Assembly (NCBI GenBank): GCA_035540415.1
Contig: DATLGR010000016.1
Location: forward strand, 1-44,518
DNA length: 44,518 nt
Reading direction: 5' to 3'
Source: Burkholderiales bacterium
GTDB taxonomy: Bacteria; Pseudomonadota; Gammaproteobacteria; Burkholderiales; SG8-39
In this document: positions 27,244 through 37,334 of the stretch, in pieces
Numbering within the stretch: the first letter of the stretch is position 1
How the letters are laid out: each line of letters starts with the position of its first letter
The notes under the pieces: generated by a model
What the model was told of the DNA's origin: nothing
Seen by the model: only the letters and a program-made list of their open reading frames with translations
Database searches by the model: none
Made by a program: the position numbers and the translations under genes

Positions 27244-28010
27244 GATGGATAGAACAATACAAGCTCGTATCCGCTCGCGCGAGCCTTGCTCGCGTCCAGA
27301 TACACCGTGAGCGAGGCCTCGCCGCCGGGCGCAAGGCCGCGCGCAAGCCGCTGCGGGGCCTCGGCAGGCTCAAGGTATTCCGGCGGGGCGAGCGCGCGGC
27401 TCACGACCGGCAGGTTCGCCTCGTCGGTGAGCGTCAGGTGCAGCGAAGGATACTGCTGCGGAAACGGAGCGCGGTTGCGGATCACCGCATGCAGCACGAT
27501 GAGACCTTCGCCGCGTGCGTCTTCGCGCACCTCGTAGGAGTCGATGCTGAGCAGGCGTAGCTGCCGCGGCAGCGGCACCTCGCAGCCGAGCGGCCGGCAC
27601 GCAGCCTCGAGCGGCGCGCGCGCCGCGGGCACGCTCACCGCGAGCTCGGCGCGGAAGTGATAGACCGCCTGGGCCAGAAGCACGACGAGCGCCAGGGCGG
27701 CGAGGCTCCACCACAGCGCGCGCCGCGGCGCCGGCGGCTCGGCGAGGAAGGCGGGCACCGGCGCTTGCCCAGGCGGGGACGGCCTGGGTAGCGGCGTCGG
27801 TGCTGCCGCTCGGCGCGCCGCGTCGAACAGGCCGAGCTGCGGCGAGGGCTCCAGGCGCAGGCGCTCTGCGCTCGGGTCCATCAGGTTCGCGATGCCATCA
27901 AACACCTCGCCGCACTTGCCGCAGCGCACCTGCCCGCGATGCGCGGAGAGCTGCGGCGGCGCCACGCGAAAGGCGGTGGCGCAGGCCGGGCAGCGGGTGG
28001 CGAGGCTCAT
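27240..28010 (-). CDS. MJ0042-type zinc-ribbon plus DUF3426 membrane protein
   Basis: 256 aa from ATG 28010. MSLATRCPACATAFRV ... VRCGKCGEVF zinc ribbon, Pro-rich linker, one TM helix (WWSLAALALVVLLAQAV), C-terminal DUF3426-like domain. ATGA overlap with the prmA stop. Confidence 0.75.
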   Translation of the reverse strand: MSLATRCPACATAFRVAPPQLSAHRGQVRCGKCGEVFDGIANLMDPSAERLRLEPSPQLGLFDAARRAAAPTPLPRPSPPGQAPVPAFLAEPPAPRRALWWSLAALALVVLLAQAVYHFRAELAVSVPAARAPLEAACRPLGCEVPLPRQLRLLSIDSYEVREDARGEGLIVLHAVIRNRAPFPQQYPSLHLTLTDEANLPVVSRALAPPEYLEPAEAPQRLARGLAPGGEASLTVYLDASKARASGYELVLFYPS

Positions 28011-28831
28011 GCGCGGCCGCCGGCGACCAGCGCCCAGCCTTCGAGGAGCGCCTCGGTTCGCAGCTGCAGCCACGGTGCGTATGCCGCCGCCACTTCCGGC
28101 GCTTGCGCCCCGAGAATGCCGGCGAGCGCCAGCCGCCCGCCCGGAGCAACGCGGGCCGCGAGCAGCGGCGCAAGCTCGATCAGCGGCTGGGCGAGGATGT
28201 TCGCGACCACGATATCGTAGGGACCAGGGTGCCGGCCCTCGGGCAGCGTCGGACGCAGCACGACGCCGTTGGCAAGCGCGTTGGCGGTGGCGGTCTCTAC
28301 GGCCTGAGGGTCGATGTCGACCGCGTCCACCCGTGCCGCGCCGAGCTTCGCGGCGGCGATCGCCAATATACCCGAGCCGCAGCCGTAATCGAGGACCGCC
28401 TCGCCGCCGTGCACGTGGCGCGCGAGGAACTCGAGCATCAGGCGCGTCGTGGGATGCGAGCCGGTGCCGAACGCGAGGCCCGGGTCGATTCGCACCACCG
28501 CGCGCTGGGAAGGCGGCACGTGCCAGGTTGCACCGACCCACAGCCGTTCGCCGATCTCCACCGGCGCGAACTGCGACTGGCTGCGCCGTACCCAGTCCTC
28601 CTCGACGACGGCACGGACCGAAAACAGGGGCGTCTGCAGCTTTGCCCGCGCGCAGGCAGCGCCGAGGACCTCGGCCGGATCGTGCGAATCGGCCAGGAGC
28701 ACCTCGAGCGTCGTGCGCGGCGCCTGCACGTTGTCGTGCGCCACCGACGCGGCGCCCGCATCCAGCAGTGCCTCGCTCAGCGCCTCGGCGTCCTGCGCGG
28801 CGATTTCCAGGCTGAGCGCGCGCAGCGCCAT
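28007..28831 (-). CDS. prmA: Ribosomal protein L11 methyltransferase
   Basis: 274 aa from ATG 28831. FGTGSHPTTRLMLEFL and VLDYGCGSGILAIAAAKLGA motifs. TAATG junction with the accC stop. Confidence 0.92.
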   Translation of the reverse strand: MALRALSLEIAAQDAEALSEALLDAGAASVAHDNVQAPRTTLEVLLADSHDPAEVLGAACARAKLQTPLFSVRAVVEEDWVRRSQSQFAPVEIGERLWVGATWHVPPSQRAVVRIDPGLAFGTGSHPTTRLMLEFLARHVHGGEAVLDYGCGSGILAIAAAKLGAARVDAVDIDPQAVETATANALANGVVLRPTLPEGRHPGPYDIVVANILAQPLIELAPLLAARVAPGGRLALAGILGAQAPEVAAAYAPWLQLRTEALLEGWALVAGGRA

Positions 28832-30186
28832 TACTTCTTCTTTTGTTCCTGCGCGAGCTTTTGCTCGAGGTAGTGGATGGAGACGCCGCCGCGCATGAAC
28901 CGGCTGTCGTCGAGCAGCTCCCGGTGCAGCGGAATGTTCGTCTGGATGCCTTCGACCACCATTTCGGAGAGCGCGATGCGCATGCGCGCGAGCGCCTGCT
29001 CCCGGCTCGCGCCGTAGGCGATCACCTTGCCGACCATGGAATCGTAATACGGGGGCACCGTGTAGCCTTGGTAAACGTGGGAGTCCACCCGGATGCCCGG
29101 CCCCCCGGGCGGGTGGTAGGACGTGATCTTGCCCGGCGAGGGCGTGAAGCGGTAGGGGTCCTCGGCATTGATCCGGCACTCCAGCGCATGGCCGCGGAAC
29201 TGGATGTCCTTCTGGCGGAAGCGCAGCTTCTCTCCCGAGGCGATGTGGATCTGCTCCTGCACGATGTCGATGCCCGTAATCATCTCCGTGACCGGGTGCT
29301 CCACCTGCACCCGCGTGTTCATCTCGATGAAGAAGAACTCCCCGCCCTGATAGAGGAACTCGAAGGTGCCGGCGCCGCGGTAGCCGATGCGCCGGCAGGC
29401 ATCGACGCAGCGCTCGCCGATGCGGTCGCGCAGCTTTGCCGGCAGCTCGGGCGCGGGCGCCTCCTCCAGCACTTTCTGGTGGCGGCGCTGCAGCGAGCAG
29501 TCGCGCTCGCCCAGGTAGACGGCGTTCTTGTGGGCGTCGGCGAGCACCTGGATCTCGATATGGCGCGGCTGCTCGAGGTAGCGCTCGAGGTAGACCATCG
29601 GGTTGGCGAACGCGGCCTGCGCTTCCGTGCGGGTCATGGTGACCGCGTTGAGCAACGCCGCCTCGGTGTGGACCACGCGCATGCCCCGGCCGCCGCCGCC
29701 GGCGGCGGCCTTGATGATCACCGGATAGCCGACCTTGCGCGCGATGCGCACGATTTCCTTGGGGTCCTCGGGCAGCGCGCCCTCGGATCCCGGCACCGTG
29801 GGTACGCCCGCCTTGGCCATCGCCTGCTTGGCGCTCACCTTGTCGCCCATCAGCCGGATGTTCTCGGGCCTGGGACCGATGAACACGAAGCCGGATCGCT
29901 CCACCTTCTCGGCGAAATCCGCGTTCTCCGAGAGGAATCCGTAGCCAGGATGGATGGCCTCGGCGTCGGTGACCTCCGCGGCGCTGATGATCGCCGGGAT
30001 GTTGAGGTAGCTCGCGGCCGCCGGCGGCGGGCCGATGCAGACCGACTCGTCGGCGAGCTTCACGTACTTCGCCTCAGTGTCGGCCTCGGAGTGCACGACC
30101 ACCGTGCGGATCCCAAGCTCCCGGCAGGCGCGCTGGATCCGCAGCGCGATCTCGCCGCGGTTGGCGATCAGGATCTTGCCGAACAT
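28831..30186 (-). CDS. accC: Acetyl-CoA carboxylase biotin carboxylase subunit
   Basis: 451 aa, [26 protein letters not shown] ... with ATP-grasp motifs throughout. Confidence 0.98.
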   Translation of the reverse strand: MFGKILIANRGEIALRIQRACRELGIRTVVVHSEADTEAKYVKLADESVCIGPPPAAASYLNIPAIISAAEVTDAEAIHPGYGFLSENADFAEKVERSGFVFIGPRPENIRLMGDKVSAKQAMAKAGVPTVPGSEGALPEDPKEIVRIARKVGYPVIIKAAAGGGGRGMRVVHTEAALLNAVTMTRTEAQAAFANPMVYLERYLEQPRHIEIQVLADAHKNAVYLGERDCSLQRRHQKVLEEAPAPELPAKLRDRIGERCVDACRRIGYRGAGTFEFLYQGGEFFFIEMNTRVQVEHPVTEMITGIDIVQEQIHIASGEKLRFRQKDIQFRGHALECRINAEDPYRFTPSPGKITSYHPPGGPGIRVDSHVYQGYTVPPYYDSMVGKVIAYGASREQALARMRIALSEMVVEGIQTNIPLHRELLDDSRFMRGGVSIHYLEQKLAQEQKKK

Positions 30187-30648
30187 CTAGCCGAGCACGA
30201 ACAGCGGCTGGCCGTACTCCACGGGCTGGCCGTTCTCGACAAGGATGGCCTTCACCACGCCCGGGGCGTCCGCCTCGATCTCGTTCATCAACTTCATCGC
30301 CTCGATGATGCAGACCGTGTCGCCCTCCTTGACGGTGTGGCCGACCTCGACGAACGGCTTCGCGTCGGGAGAGGCTGAGCGATAGAAGGTGCCCACCATG
30401 GGCGCCTTGACCACGTGGCCGTCCTGGCCGGCAGGAGCTTCGCCGACGGACCTGCTCGACGCGTCGGGCGCAGCCGGTGCGACGACCGGGGGCGGCAGGG
30501 CCATCGGCGCCGGGGAGTTGATGGGCGTTACGCTGACCGTTCCCCCTCGTACGATCTTGACCTTTTCTTCTCCTTCGGTGATCTCGAGCTCCGCGATGCC
30601 CGACTCCTGCACGAGGTCGATCAGCTTCTTCAGCTTACGCAGATCCAT
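30187..30648 (-). CDS. accB: Acetyl-CoA carboxylase biotin carboxyl carrier protein
   Basis: 153 aa with an Ala/Pro linker and the biotinylation motif [11 protein letters not shown]. Confidence 0.97.
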   Translation of the reverse strand: MDLRKLKKLIDLVQESGIAELEITEGEEKVKIVRGGTVSVTPINSPAPMALPPPVVAPAAPDASSRSVGEAPAGQDGHVVKAPMVGTFYRSASPDAKPFVEVGHTVKEGDTVCIIEAMKLMNEIEADAPGVVKAILVENGQPVEYGQPLFVLG

Positions 30649-30701
30649 GTTATGCGCCCCAAGCGGCTTTTTGTTCGACTTTCGCCGCAGAACGCCGGAG
30701 T

Positions 30702-31226
30702 TTAGCGCAATAGCGCTTCCAGCTCTTTCCGAAGCTCCTCGGGGGAGTAAGCACCCAGCTTCCGCGCTTGCAGGCCCCCGTGGCGGTTCAACAGGACGCT
30801 GAACGGCAGCCCGCCCCCTGGGTTGCCCAAACGACGCATAAGGTCGATCGCGTCCATACCGCCGAGAAGGATGGGATATGTCAACGGAACTTTTAGGAGA
30901 AATTCCTGCACGTTAGCTGCATTATCGACGGCGATCGCCACTATACGCAGTCCCCGCGCGGAGTAGGATCGGAGCGCGTCGTCGAACAGCGGGAGTTCCT
31001 CCCGGCAAGGGGCACACCAGGTCGCCCAGAAATTACAGAGCAAGGCATTCCCCTGCCACTCCGCTACGCGGCGGGTGCGCCCCTCGAGGTCGGCAAACTC
31101 GGCGGTGAGCAAATCGGGTGCGCCGCTTCGGGATTGCAAGGCCAGCACGCCGAAGATCCCGCCCGCCGCGGCGGCCCCGAGCGCGACCCCCCCGAGGACT
31201 AGCGCCTCACGCCTGCCCGGCCGCAT
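30702..31226 (-). CDS. TlpA-family periplasmic thiol:disulfide oxidoreductase
   Basis: 174 aa with a signal anchor and thioredoxin-fold motif [15 protein letters not shown]. Locally lower G+C than its neighbours, by eye. Confidence 0.85.
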   Translation of the reverse strand: MRPGRREALVLGGVALGAAAAGGIFGVLALQSRSGAPDLLTAEFADLEGRTRRVAEWQGNALLCNFWATWCAPCREELPLFDDALRSYSARGLRIVAIAVDNAANVQEFLLKVPLTYPILLGGMDAIDLMRRLGNPGGGLPFSVLLNRHGGLQARKLGAYSPEELRKELEALLR

Positions 31227-31824
31227 TGCGAACGAGGGCCCCGACTTCGCTGATGCCGGCGCGATCGGCGACCCGACCGGCGACGGATGTCTTGAGGGCC
31301 AGGCGCTCGTCGCGCGGGTCGAAGATCGATAGCCGCAAGGGTGCGCCCCGCCACTGAAGCGTGATTACGCTGACCGCGCGCGCGCGGTCGCCGGCAAAGT
31401 GCCGCGTCTCGCGCGTGTCGTAATTGAGATTGCGGTCCAGAAGAAAGATTTCGACCTCCTTCGCGCTGTCGGGGAAAAGCTGCAGCTCGATCTCGGCATA
31501 CGGTCCGGCGGTGCCCTTGAGAACCGGACCGGTCAGGTAAGGGTGAAACTGCCGCAGGGCCTGCATGGCTTCGAATGCGATTTCGCGCAGTTGCGCGACG
31601 CGTTGCGGGTGCTCCTCGGGCTGGTAGAGCGCCAGATAAGCGCGCAGCTCCGCTTCGATCTCGTCGTTGCGCGGCAGCACCTGGGCATCGGCCGCGCCCA
31701 GCTGGCGAGCCGCCTTGCGTTTGGCGAGGGCGAAATCGTCGATGCCGTCCTCGGCCATCAGCCGCGCGGCGGCCGCCGCGATGCGCGCCCGGGTACCGGT
31801 CTGCCTGTTGCTCTTGCGGCTCAT
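31207..31824 (-). CDS. Conserved hypothetical protein (205 aa)
   Basis: Good coding bias. 20-nt overlap with the tlpA-like gene. The N-terminus (RARIAAAAARLMAEDGIDDFALAKRKAARQLG) is faintly HTH-like. No motif I can name. Confidence 0.6.
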   Translation of the reverse strand: MSRKSNRQTGTRARIAAAAARLMAEDGIDDFALAKRKAARQLGAADAQVLPRNDEIEAELRAYLALYQPEEHPQRVAQLREIAFEAMQALRQFHPYLTGPVLKGTAGPYAEIELQLFPDSAKEVEIFLLDRNLNYDTRETRHFAGDRARAVSVITLQWRGAPLRLSIFDPRDERLALKTSVAGRVADRAGISEVGALVRNAAGQA

Positions 31825-31884
31825 CGTCGACGCTCTCTCGCTGAATATAGCTTAAGGAGCTCGCATAGAATCCGCCCCTCGCCC

Positions 31885-33255
31885 ATGCGCATGCACCTCC
31901 ACATCCTCGGCATCTGCGGAACATTCATGGGCGGAATCGCCGCAATTGCCCAGGCGGCGGGGCACCGCGTGACCGGCTGCGACGCCAACGTCTATCCGCC
32001 GATGAGCGAGCAGCTCCGCGCTCTGGGGATCGAGCTCACCGAGGGCTTCGCCGCCGACCAGATCGCCTTGCGCCCCGACGTCTGGGTGGTCGGCAACGTC
32101 GTCACGCGCGGCAACCCTCTCATGGAAGCAATTCTCGACCGCGGCGAGCGCTACGTCTCCGGGCCGCAATGGCTGGCCGAGCAGGTGTTGCTGGGCAAGC
32201 ACGTCCTTGCCGTCGCCGGCACGCATGGCAAGACTACGGTCTCCGCGATGCTCGCGTGGATCCTCGAGCGCGCGGGGCGCCAGCCGGGGTTCCTGATCGG
32301 GGGCGTGCCCGTCGACTTTCCGGTTTCCGCCCGTCATTCGGGGTCGGACCTCTTCGTGATCGAAGGCGACGAATACGACACGGCCTTTTTCGACAAGCGC
32401 TCGAAATTCGTGCATTACCGGGCGCGGACCGCCATTTTGAATAATCTGGAGTTCGATCACGCCGACATCTTCGACGATCTGGCAGCGATTGAGCGTCAAT
32501 TCCATCATCTCGTTCGAACCGTCCCGCGCTCGGGTCTGCTCGTGGTCAACGGGGCAGACGAGAACCTGAAGCGTGTACTCACAAATGGCGCCTGGACCCC
32601 GGTAGAACGGTTCGGGATAGCCGGCGGTTGGGAGGCTTCCGAGGCCGATTCGGACAACAGCTTCGAGGTGGGCTGGCAGGGGCGCCCCCTCGGGCGCGTG
32701 CGGTGGCGACTGCAGGGGCACCACAACCGGCTGAATGCGCTCGCGGCGGTCGCAGCCGCCCGGCATGTTGGAGTCGAACCGGCCGTTGCGCTGGAGATCC
32801 TCGGAACCTTTTCCGGGGTGCGCCGCCGGATGCAAGTGCGCGGACAGGCCGCCGGCGTGACGGTCTATGACGATTTTGCCCACCATCCCACGGCCATCCG
32901 CGTAACCCTGGAGGGACTGCGTCAACGCGTCGGCCGGCAGCGCATTCTGGCGCTGCTCGAGCCGCGCTCGAACACCATGAAGCGTGGCGTCATGAAGGAT
33001 GCCTTGCCGGCGAGCCTTGCCGAGGCTGACCGGGTCTACCTCTACAGCGCAGGCCTGGAATGGGACGCCGCGGCAGTGCTCGGCAGCTTGGGAGAGCGGG
33101 CACGCTGCAGCGCGGATTTGGAGGCCCTGGTGTCGGCCGTGTCGGCGGAAGCCCGGGCCGGCGACCATGTGCTCGTCATGTCCAATGGCGGTTTCGGCGC
33201 GGTGCACGAGAAGCTGCTCGCGAGGCTCGGCGCGCGGCAGGAGAGCGCCGCGTGA
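31885..33255 (+). CDS. mpl: UDP-N-acetylmuramate:L-alanyl-gamma-D-glutamyl-meso-diaminopimelate ligase
   Basis: 456 aa from ATG 31885 (MRMHLHILGICGTFMGGIAAIA ... AGTHGKTT ... Mur ligase motifs). The track ORF start at 31399 is an upstream extension. Confidence 0.93.
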   Translation: MRMHLHILGICGTFMGGIAAIAQAAGHRVTGCDANVYPPMSEQLRALGIELTEGFAADQIALRPDVWVVGNVVTRGNPLMEAILDRGERYVSGPQWLAEQVLLGKHVLAVAGTHGKTTVSAMLAWILERAGRQPGFLIGGVPVDFPVSARHSGSDLFVIEGDEYDTAFFDKRSKFVHYRARTAILNNLEFDHADIFDDLAAIERQFHHLVRTVPRSGLLVVNGADENLKRVLTNGAWTPVERFGIAGGWEASEADSDNSFEVGWQGRPLGRVRWRLQGHHNRLNALAAVAAARHVGVEPAVALEILGTFSGVRRRMQVRGQAAGVTVYDDFAHHPTAIRVTLEGLRQRVGRQRILALLEPRSNTMKRGVMKDALPASLAEADRVYLYSAGLEWDAAAVLGSLGERARCSADLEALVSAVSAEARAGDHVLVMSNGGFGAVHEKLLARLGARQESAA

Positions 33256-33821
33256 TCGTCTACCTCCACGGCTTCAACTCATCGCCGCAGTCGCACAAGG
33301 CGCGCGTGCTGGAGCAGTACATGGCCGAACGTGGCTTGGCCGCCGAGTACCGCTGTCCCAGCCTGCCGCCGCTCGCCTCCGAGGCCGTGCGCGCGATCGA
33401 GCGCTGCCTGCCGCCTTCGGGGCCGCTTTGCTTCGTGGGCTCGTCGCTCGGGGGCTTCTACGCCACCCACCTCGCCGAGAGGCTCGACGCCCGCGCGGTG
33501 CTCATCAATCCTGCGATCGAGCCGCACGTCGGGCTGCGCGCCTACCTCGGCCCGCAGAAGAACCTGCATTCCGGCGAACCCTATGAGCTCACCGAGGCGC
33601 ATCTGCGCGAATGGGAGGCGCTCATCGTGCCCCGGGTCACATCGCAGCGCTACCTGCTGCTGGTGGAAACCGGCGACGAGGTGCTCGACTACCGGGCTGC
33701 AGTGCGCCGCTACGCGGGTGCCGAGCAGGTAGTGATCGAGGGCGGCGACCACAGCCTGCAGAGCTTCCCGCGGCATCTGCCGCGAATCCTGGCGTTCGCA
33801 GGCCATGCAGATCCTGTATGA
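33252..33821 (+). CDS. yqiA: YqiA/YcfP-family alpha/beta-hydrolase (esterase)
   Basis: 189 aa from GTG 33252 (GTGA overlap with the mpl stop). IVYLHGFNSSPQS and nucleophile elbow GSSLGG. Confidence 0.82.
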   Translation: MIVYLHGFNSSPQSHKARVLEQYMAERGLAAEYRCPSLPPLASEAVRAIERCLPPSGPLCFVGSSLGGFYATHLAERLDARAVLINPAIEPHVGLRAYLGPQKNLHSGEPYELTEAHLREWEALIVPRVTSQRYLLLVETGDEVLDYRAAVRRYAGAEQVVIEGGDHSLQSFPRHLPRILAFAGHADPV

Positions 33822-35670
33822 AGAAGATGGCGAGCTGAAGGTCGGCGCGGTCCTCGCCCAGGCACCGGCTTCGCTGCAGGTCGAGAGCCCGCACGGGCGG
33901 CGCTCGAAAGTGAAGGCCGCTAACGTGCTGCTCAGCTTCGAGCGGCCTTCGGGGGCCGAGCTTCTCGCCGAGGCCGCGCGTTTCGCCGCGGAGCTCGACG
34001 TCGACTTTCTCTGGCAATGCGCCGGCGCCGGCGAATTCGAGTTCGGCCGGCTCGCCGCCGAATACGTCGGCCGGGAGCCGACTGCCGCCGAGGCGGCCGG
34101 CGTGCTGCTCAAGCTTCATTCGGCGCCCATGTATTTCTATCGCCGCGGCAAGGGGCGTTTTCAGCCGGCGCCGCCGGAGACGCTGCGGCTCGCCCTTGCC
34201 AGCATCGAAAAGAAGAAACGCCAGCAGGAGGCGATCGAGGCGTGGACGGCGCGGCTCTCCCGGTTCGAATGCCCACAGGAGGTTGCGGCGCTCCAGGACG
34301 AGCTGCTGTACGCCATGGATCGCAACAAGCCGGAGGCGAAGGCGCTGGAGCAGGCTTGCCGTCAGACCGGGCTCGCGCCCGCGCGGCTGCTCGAGCGCTG
34401 CGGGCTGCTTCCGGACCTGCATGAGTACCACCTCAGGCGTTTCCTGCACGAGTTCTTCCCGCGCGGCGTCGATTTTCCCCCGCACCCGGTGCCGGTGCCC
34501 GCGGGCGCGCTGCCCCTGTCCGAGGCCCAAGCGTTCAGTCTCGACGACCTGGGCACTTCGGAAATCGACGACGCATTTTCGGTGGCGCGCACCGCCCACG
34601 GCTTTCGCATCGGCATCCATATCGCCGCCCCCGGCCTGGCCATCGCGCCCGGCTCCGCGCTCGACGCGATTGCACGCGAGCGCCTGTCGACCGCGTACAT
34701 GCCGGGGCGCAAGTTCACGATGCTTCCGCCGGACGTGATCGAGCGCTATTCGCTCGACCATGGCGGCGAGCGGGTGGCCGTTTCCTTGTACGTGGATCTC
34801 AACGAGGCCGATCTCGCGATCCGCGGGCGGCACACGCGGCTCGAGCGGGTTCCCGTGGTGGCGAACCTGCGCCATGCCCAGTACGACGTGCTGAACGAGG
34901 CCTTCGAGCAGCAGCGAAGCTGCGGGCTCGCGCACGAGGAGGACCTGCGCCTGCTCTGGCGGCTGGCGGTACGCCTGGAGGCGGCGCGCGGCCGCCCGAG
35001 CGCCGGGGCCATGCTTCTCGACTACAGCTTCCACGTCGAGGACGGGCGGGTGAGCCTTCTGCCGCGCAAGCGCGGCGCCCCGCTCGACAAGCTCGTCTCG
35101 GAGCTCATGATCCTCGTCAACACCACCTGGGGAGAGCTGCTCGCCGAGCGCGACATCGCCGCGATCTATCGCGTGCAGTCGACCGGCAAGGTGCGCCTGA
35201 GCGTGCACCCCGAGCCGCACGAAGGGCTCGGCGTGTCGTGCTATGCCTGGATGAGCTCGCCGTTGCGGCGCTACGTCGACCTGCTCAACCAGTGGCAGCT
35301 CATCGCCGCGCTGACCGGACAGCGCGCGCCGTTCGCGCGTAATTCCGATGCGCTGCTCGCGGCGTTGCGCGCCTTCGAAGTCACCTATGCGCGCTACGAC
35401 GAGCACCAGCGCGCCATGGAAACCTACTGGACGCTGCGCTGGATCGAGCAGCAGGCGATCACGTCGCTGGAGGCCACGGTGTTGCGCGAGAACCTGGTGC
35501 GCGCCGAGGGCTTGCCGCTGGTGGTGCGGGTGCCGTCGCTTCCGGCGCTCGCCCCGGGCACGCGCGTGCGCCTTGGGGTGGCGGAAATCGACTATCTGGA
35601 GCGCACCATCACCCTGGTGCACCGCGAAACGCTGGCGGCAGCCGTGGCGGATGGCACAGGTGCCCCCTAG
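33805..35670 (+). CDS. RNB-domain exoribonuclease (RNase II/R family)
   Basis: 621 aa with RNB catalytic motif DDLGTSEIDDAFSV and downstream conserved blocks (YAWMSSPLRRYVDL). Confidence 0.88.
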   Translation: MQILYEEDGELKVGAVLAQAPASLQVESPHGRRSKVKAANVLLSFERPSGAELLAEAARFAAELDVDFLWQCAGAGEFEFGRLAAEYVGREPTAAEAAGVLLKLHSAPMYFYRRGKGRFQPAPPETLRLALASIEKKKRQQEAIEAWTARLSRFECPQEVAALQDELLYAMDRNKPEAKALEQACRQTGLAPARLLERCGLLPDLHEYHLRRFLHEFFPRGVDFPPHPVPVPAGALPLSEAQAFSLDDLGTSEIDDAFSVARTAHGFRIGIHIAAPGLAIAPGSALDAIARERLSTAYMPGRKFTMLPPDVIERYSLDHGGERVAVSLYVDLNEADLAIRGRHTRLERVPVVANLRHAQYDVLNEAFEQQRSCGLAHEEDLRLLWRLAVRLEAARGRPSAGAMLLDYSFHVEDGRVSLLPRKRGAPLDKLVSELMILVNTTWGELLAERDIAAIYRVQSTGKVRLSVHPEPHEGLGVSCYAWMSSPLRRYVDLLNQWQLIAALTGQRAPFARNSDALLAALRAFEVTYARYDEHQRAMETYWTLRWIEQQAITSLEATVLRENLVRAEGLPLVVRVPSLPALAPGTRVRLGVAEIDYLERTITLVHRETLAAAVADGTGAP

Positions 35671-35719
35671 CGCAGCCGAGAGCAAAAAGCCTAGAATATG
35701 AAGGGGTTGCCAAACCGAC

Positions 35720-36604
35720 GTGAGAATGTACTTAATGTTCTCGGACTCCAACCGGGTGCTCGGTGCTGCGCTCGGCCTGTCCATTGCGCTGCACGCGGCG
35801 GCGCTGTCGGTCCATTTCAGGTTTCCCGACCCCGCGCGACTCAAGCCCCCAGTCCAGCCGCTCGACGTGGTGCTGGTCAATGCGCGCACCAAGGACCGGC
35901 CCGCGCGCGCCGACGTGCTGGCGCAGGTGAACCTCGATCGCGGCGGCAACGTGGACGAGAGCCGCCGCGCCCGCACGCCGCTGCCGGTGACCGACCCGCG
36001 CGCGCCCGGCAGAGATCTTGCCGATGCACAGCGCCGCATGCAGCAACTGGAGGCGCAGCAGCAGGCGCTGCTTAGCCAGGCGCGCCAGGCGCCGGTGCAG
36101 GTGCCGCCCGAGGCGCCGAGGGCTCCGCCCTCGGAGCAGGCGGCTGCCCACACCGGCGGCCGCGACCTCGCGGAGCTCAGGTTGGCGGCGCTGAGGCTGC
36201 AGGCGCAGATCGACCGGCAGGTGGAGGAATATCAGAAACGTCCGCGCAAGGCCTTCGTAGGCGCAAGCGCGCGCGAGTACCGCTTCGCGCAGTACGAGGA
36301 GGACTGGCGCGTGCGCATCGAGCGCATCGGCACGCTGCACTATCCGCCAGAGGCACGCGGGCGCCACTACGGGCACCTGCGCCTCACGGTCACGATCCGT
36401 CCCGACGGCACCGTGGATTCGATCGAGCTCGACCGCTCCTCCGGCCTCAAGGTGCTCGATGCCGCGGCGTTCAAGATCGTGCGCCTCGCCACGCCCTTCG
36501 CCGCCTTTCCTCCCGAGATTCGGCGCGACACCGACCTTCTGGTGATCACCCGCACCTGGTTCTTCGGCAAGGGCGACCGGCTCTGGACCGAATCGCGGCC
36601 GTGA
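35720..36604 (+). CDS. TonB-C-terminal-domain membrane protein
   Basis: N-terminal TM helix (VLGAALGLSIALHAAALSV) and C-terminal TonB_C-like YPPEARGRHYGHLRLTVTIRPDGTVDSIELDRSSG. Start ambiguous: GTG 35720, ATG 35726 or ATG 35735. Confidence 0.75.
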   Translation: MRMYLMFSDSNRVLGAALGLSIALHAAALSVHFRFPDPARLKPPVQPLDVVLVNARTKDRPARADVLAQVNLDRGGNVDESRRARTPLPVTDPRAPGRDLADAQRRMQQLEAQQQALLSQARQAPVQVPPEAPRAPPSEQAAAHTGGRDLAELRLAALRLQAQIDRQVEEYQKRPRKAFVGASAREYRFAQYEEDWRVRIERIGTLHYPPEARGRHYGHLRLTVTIRPDGTVDSIELDRSSGLKVLDAAAFKIVRLATPFAAFPPEIRRDTDLLVITRTWFFGKGDRLWTESRP

Positions 36605-37323
36605 AGCGCCGCCGCCGCTTCCGCGGCGTAGTGCTTGCCTGGAAGGCCTTCTGCTATGCGCTGGGCATTGCGGTCGTGCTCTTCGCCGGCCTGCAGCTGT
36701 ACTACTTCTCGCATCTCCTCTATTGGCGCTCCTTCGAGCCGGCGACCAGCGCCTTCATGGAGCGCCGCCTCGCCGCGCTGCGCGAGCACGACCCCCGCGC
36801 GGCGCTGCGCCACCACTGGGTGCCCTATGAGCGCATGTCGCCCCACCTCAAGCGTGCGGTGGTCGCGGCCGAGGACGCGCGCTTCCTCGAGCATGAGGGG
36901 TTCGACTGGGAGGCGATTCACAAGGCGCTGGCGAAGAACGAGCAGCGCGGGCGCGTGGTCGCGGGCGCCTCCACCATTTCCCAGCAGCTCGCCAAGAACC
37001 TCTTTCTGTCGGGCAGCCGCACGTGGCTGCGCAAGGGGCAGGAGGCGCTCATCACCTGGATGATGGAGCGCACGCTGTCCAAGCGCCGCATCCTCGAGCT
37101 CTACCTCAACCTCGCGGAGTGGGGCGAGGGCGTGTTCGGAGCGGAGGCCGCTGCGCGCCATCACTTCGGCGTGAGCGCGGCAGCGCTCAGCCCGGAGCAG
37201 GCCGCGTGGCTCGCCGCGGTGCTTCCGAGTCCGCGGCGCTACGAGCGCGGCCGCACCACCGCGTATCTCGAGGGCCGCGTGCGCACCATCCTCGCGCGCG
37301 CGGCCGTCGCGCAGGTGCCCTGA
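36601..37323 (+). CDS. mtgA: Monofunctional biosynthetic peptidoglycan transglycosylase
   Basis: 240 aa with GT51 motifs AAEDARFLEHEGFD, GASTISQQLAKN and RKGQEA. GTGA overlap with the upstream stop. Confidence 0.93.
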   Translation: MKRRRRFRGVVLAWKAFCYALGIAVVLFAGLQLYYFSHLLYWRSFEPATSAFMERRLAALREHDPRAALRHHWVPYERMSPHLKRAVVAAEDARFLEHEGFDWEAIHKALAKNEQRGRVVAGASTISQQLAKNLFLSGSRTWLRKGQEALITWMMERTLSKRRILELYLNLAEWGEGVFGAEAAARHHFGVSAAALSPEQAAWLAAVLPSPRRYERGRTTAYLEGRVRTILARAAVAQVP

Positions 37324-37334
37324 TACAGTGGTCC

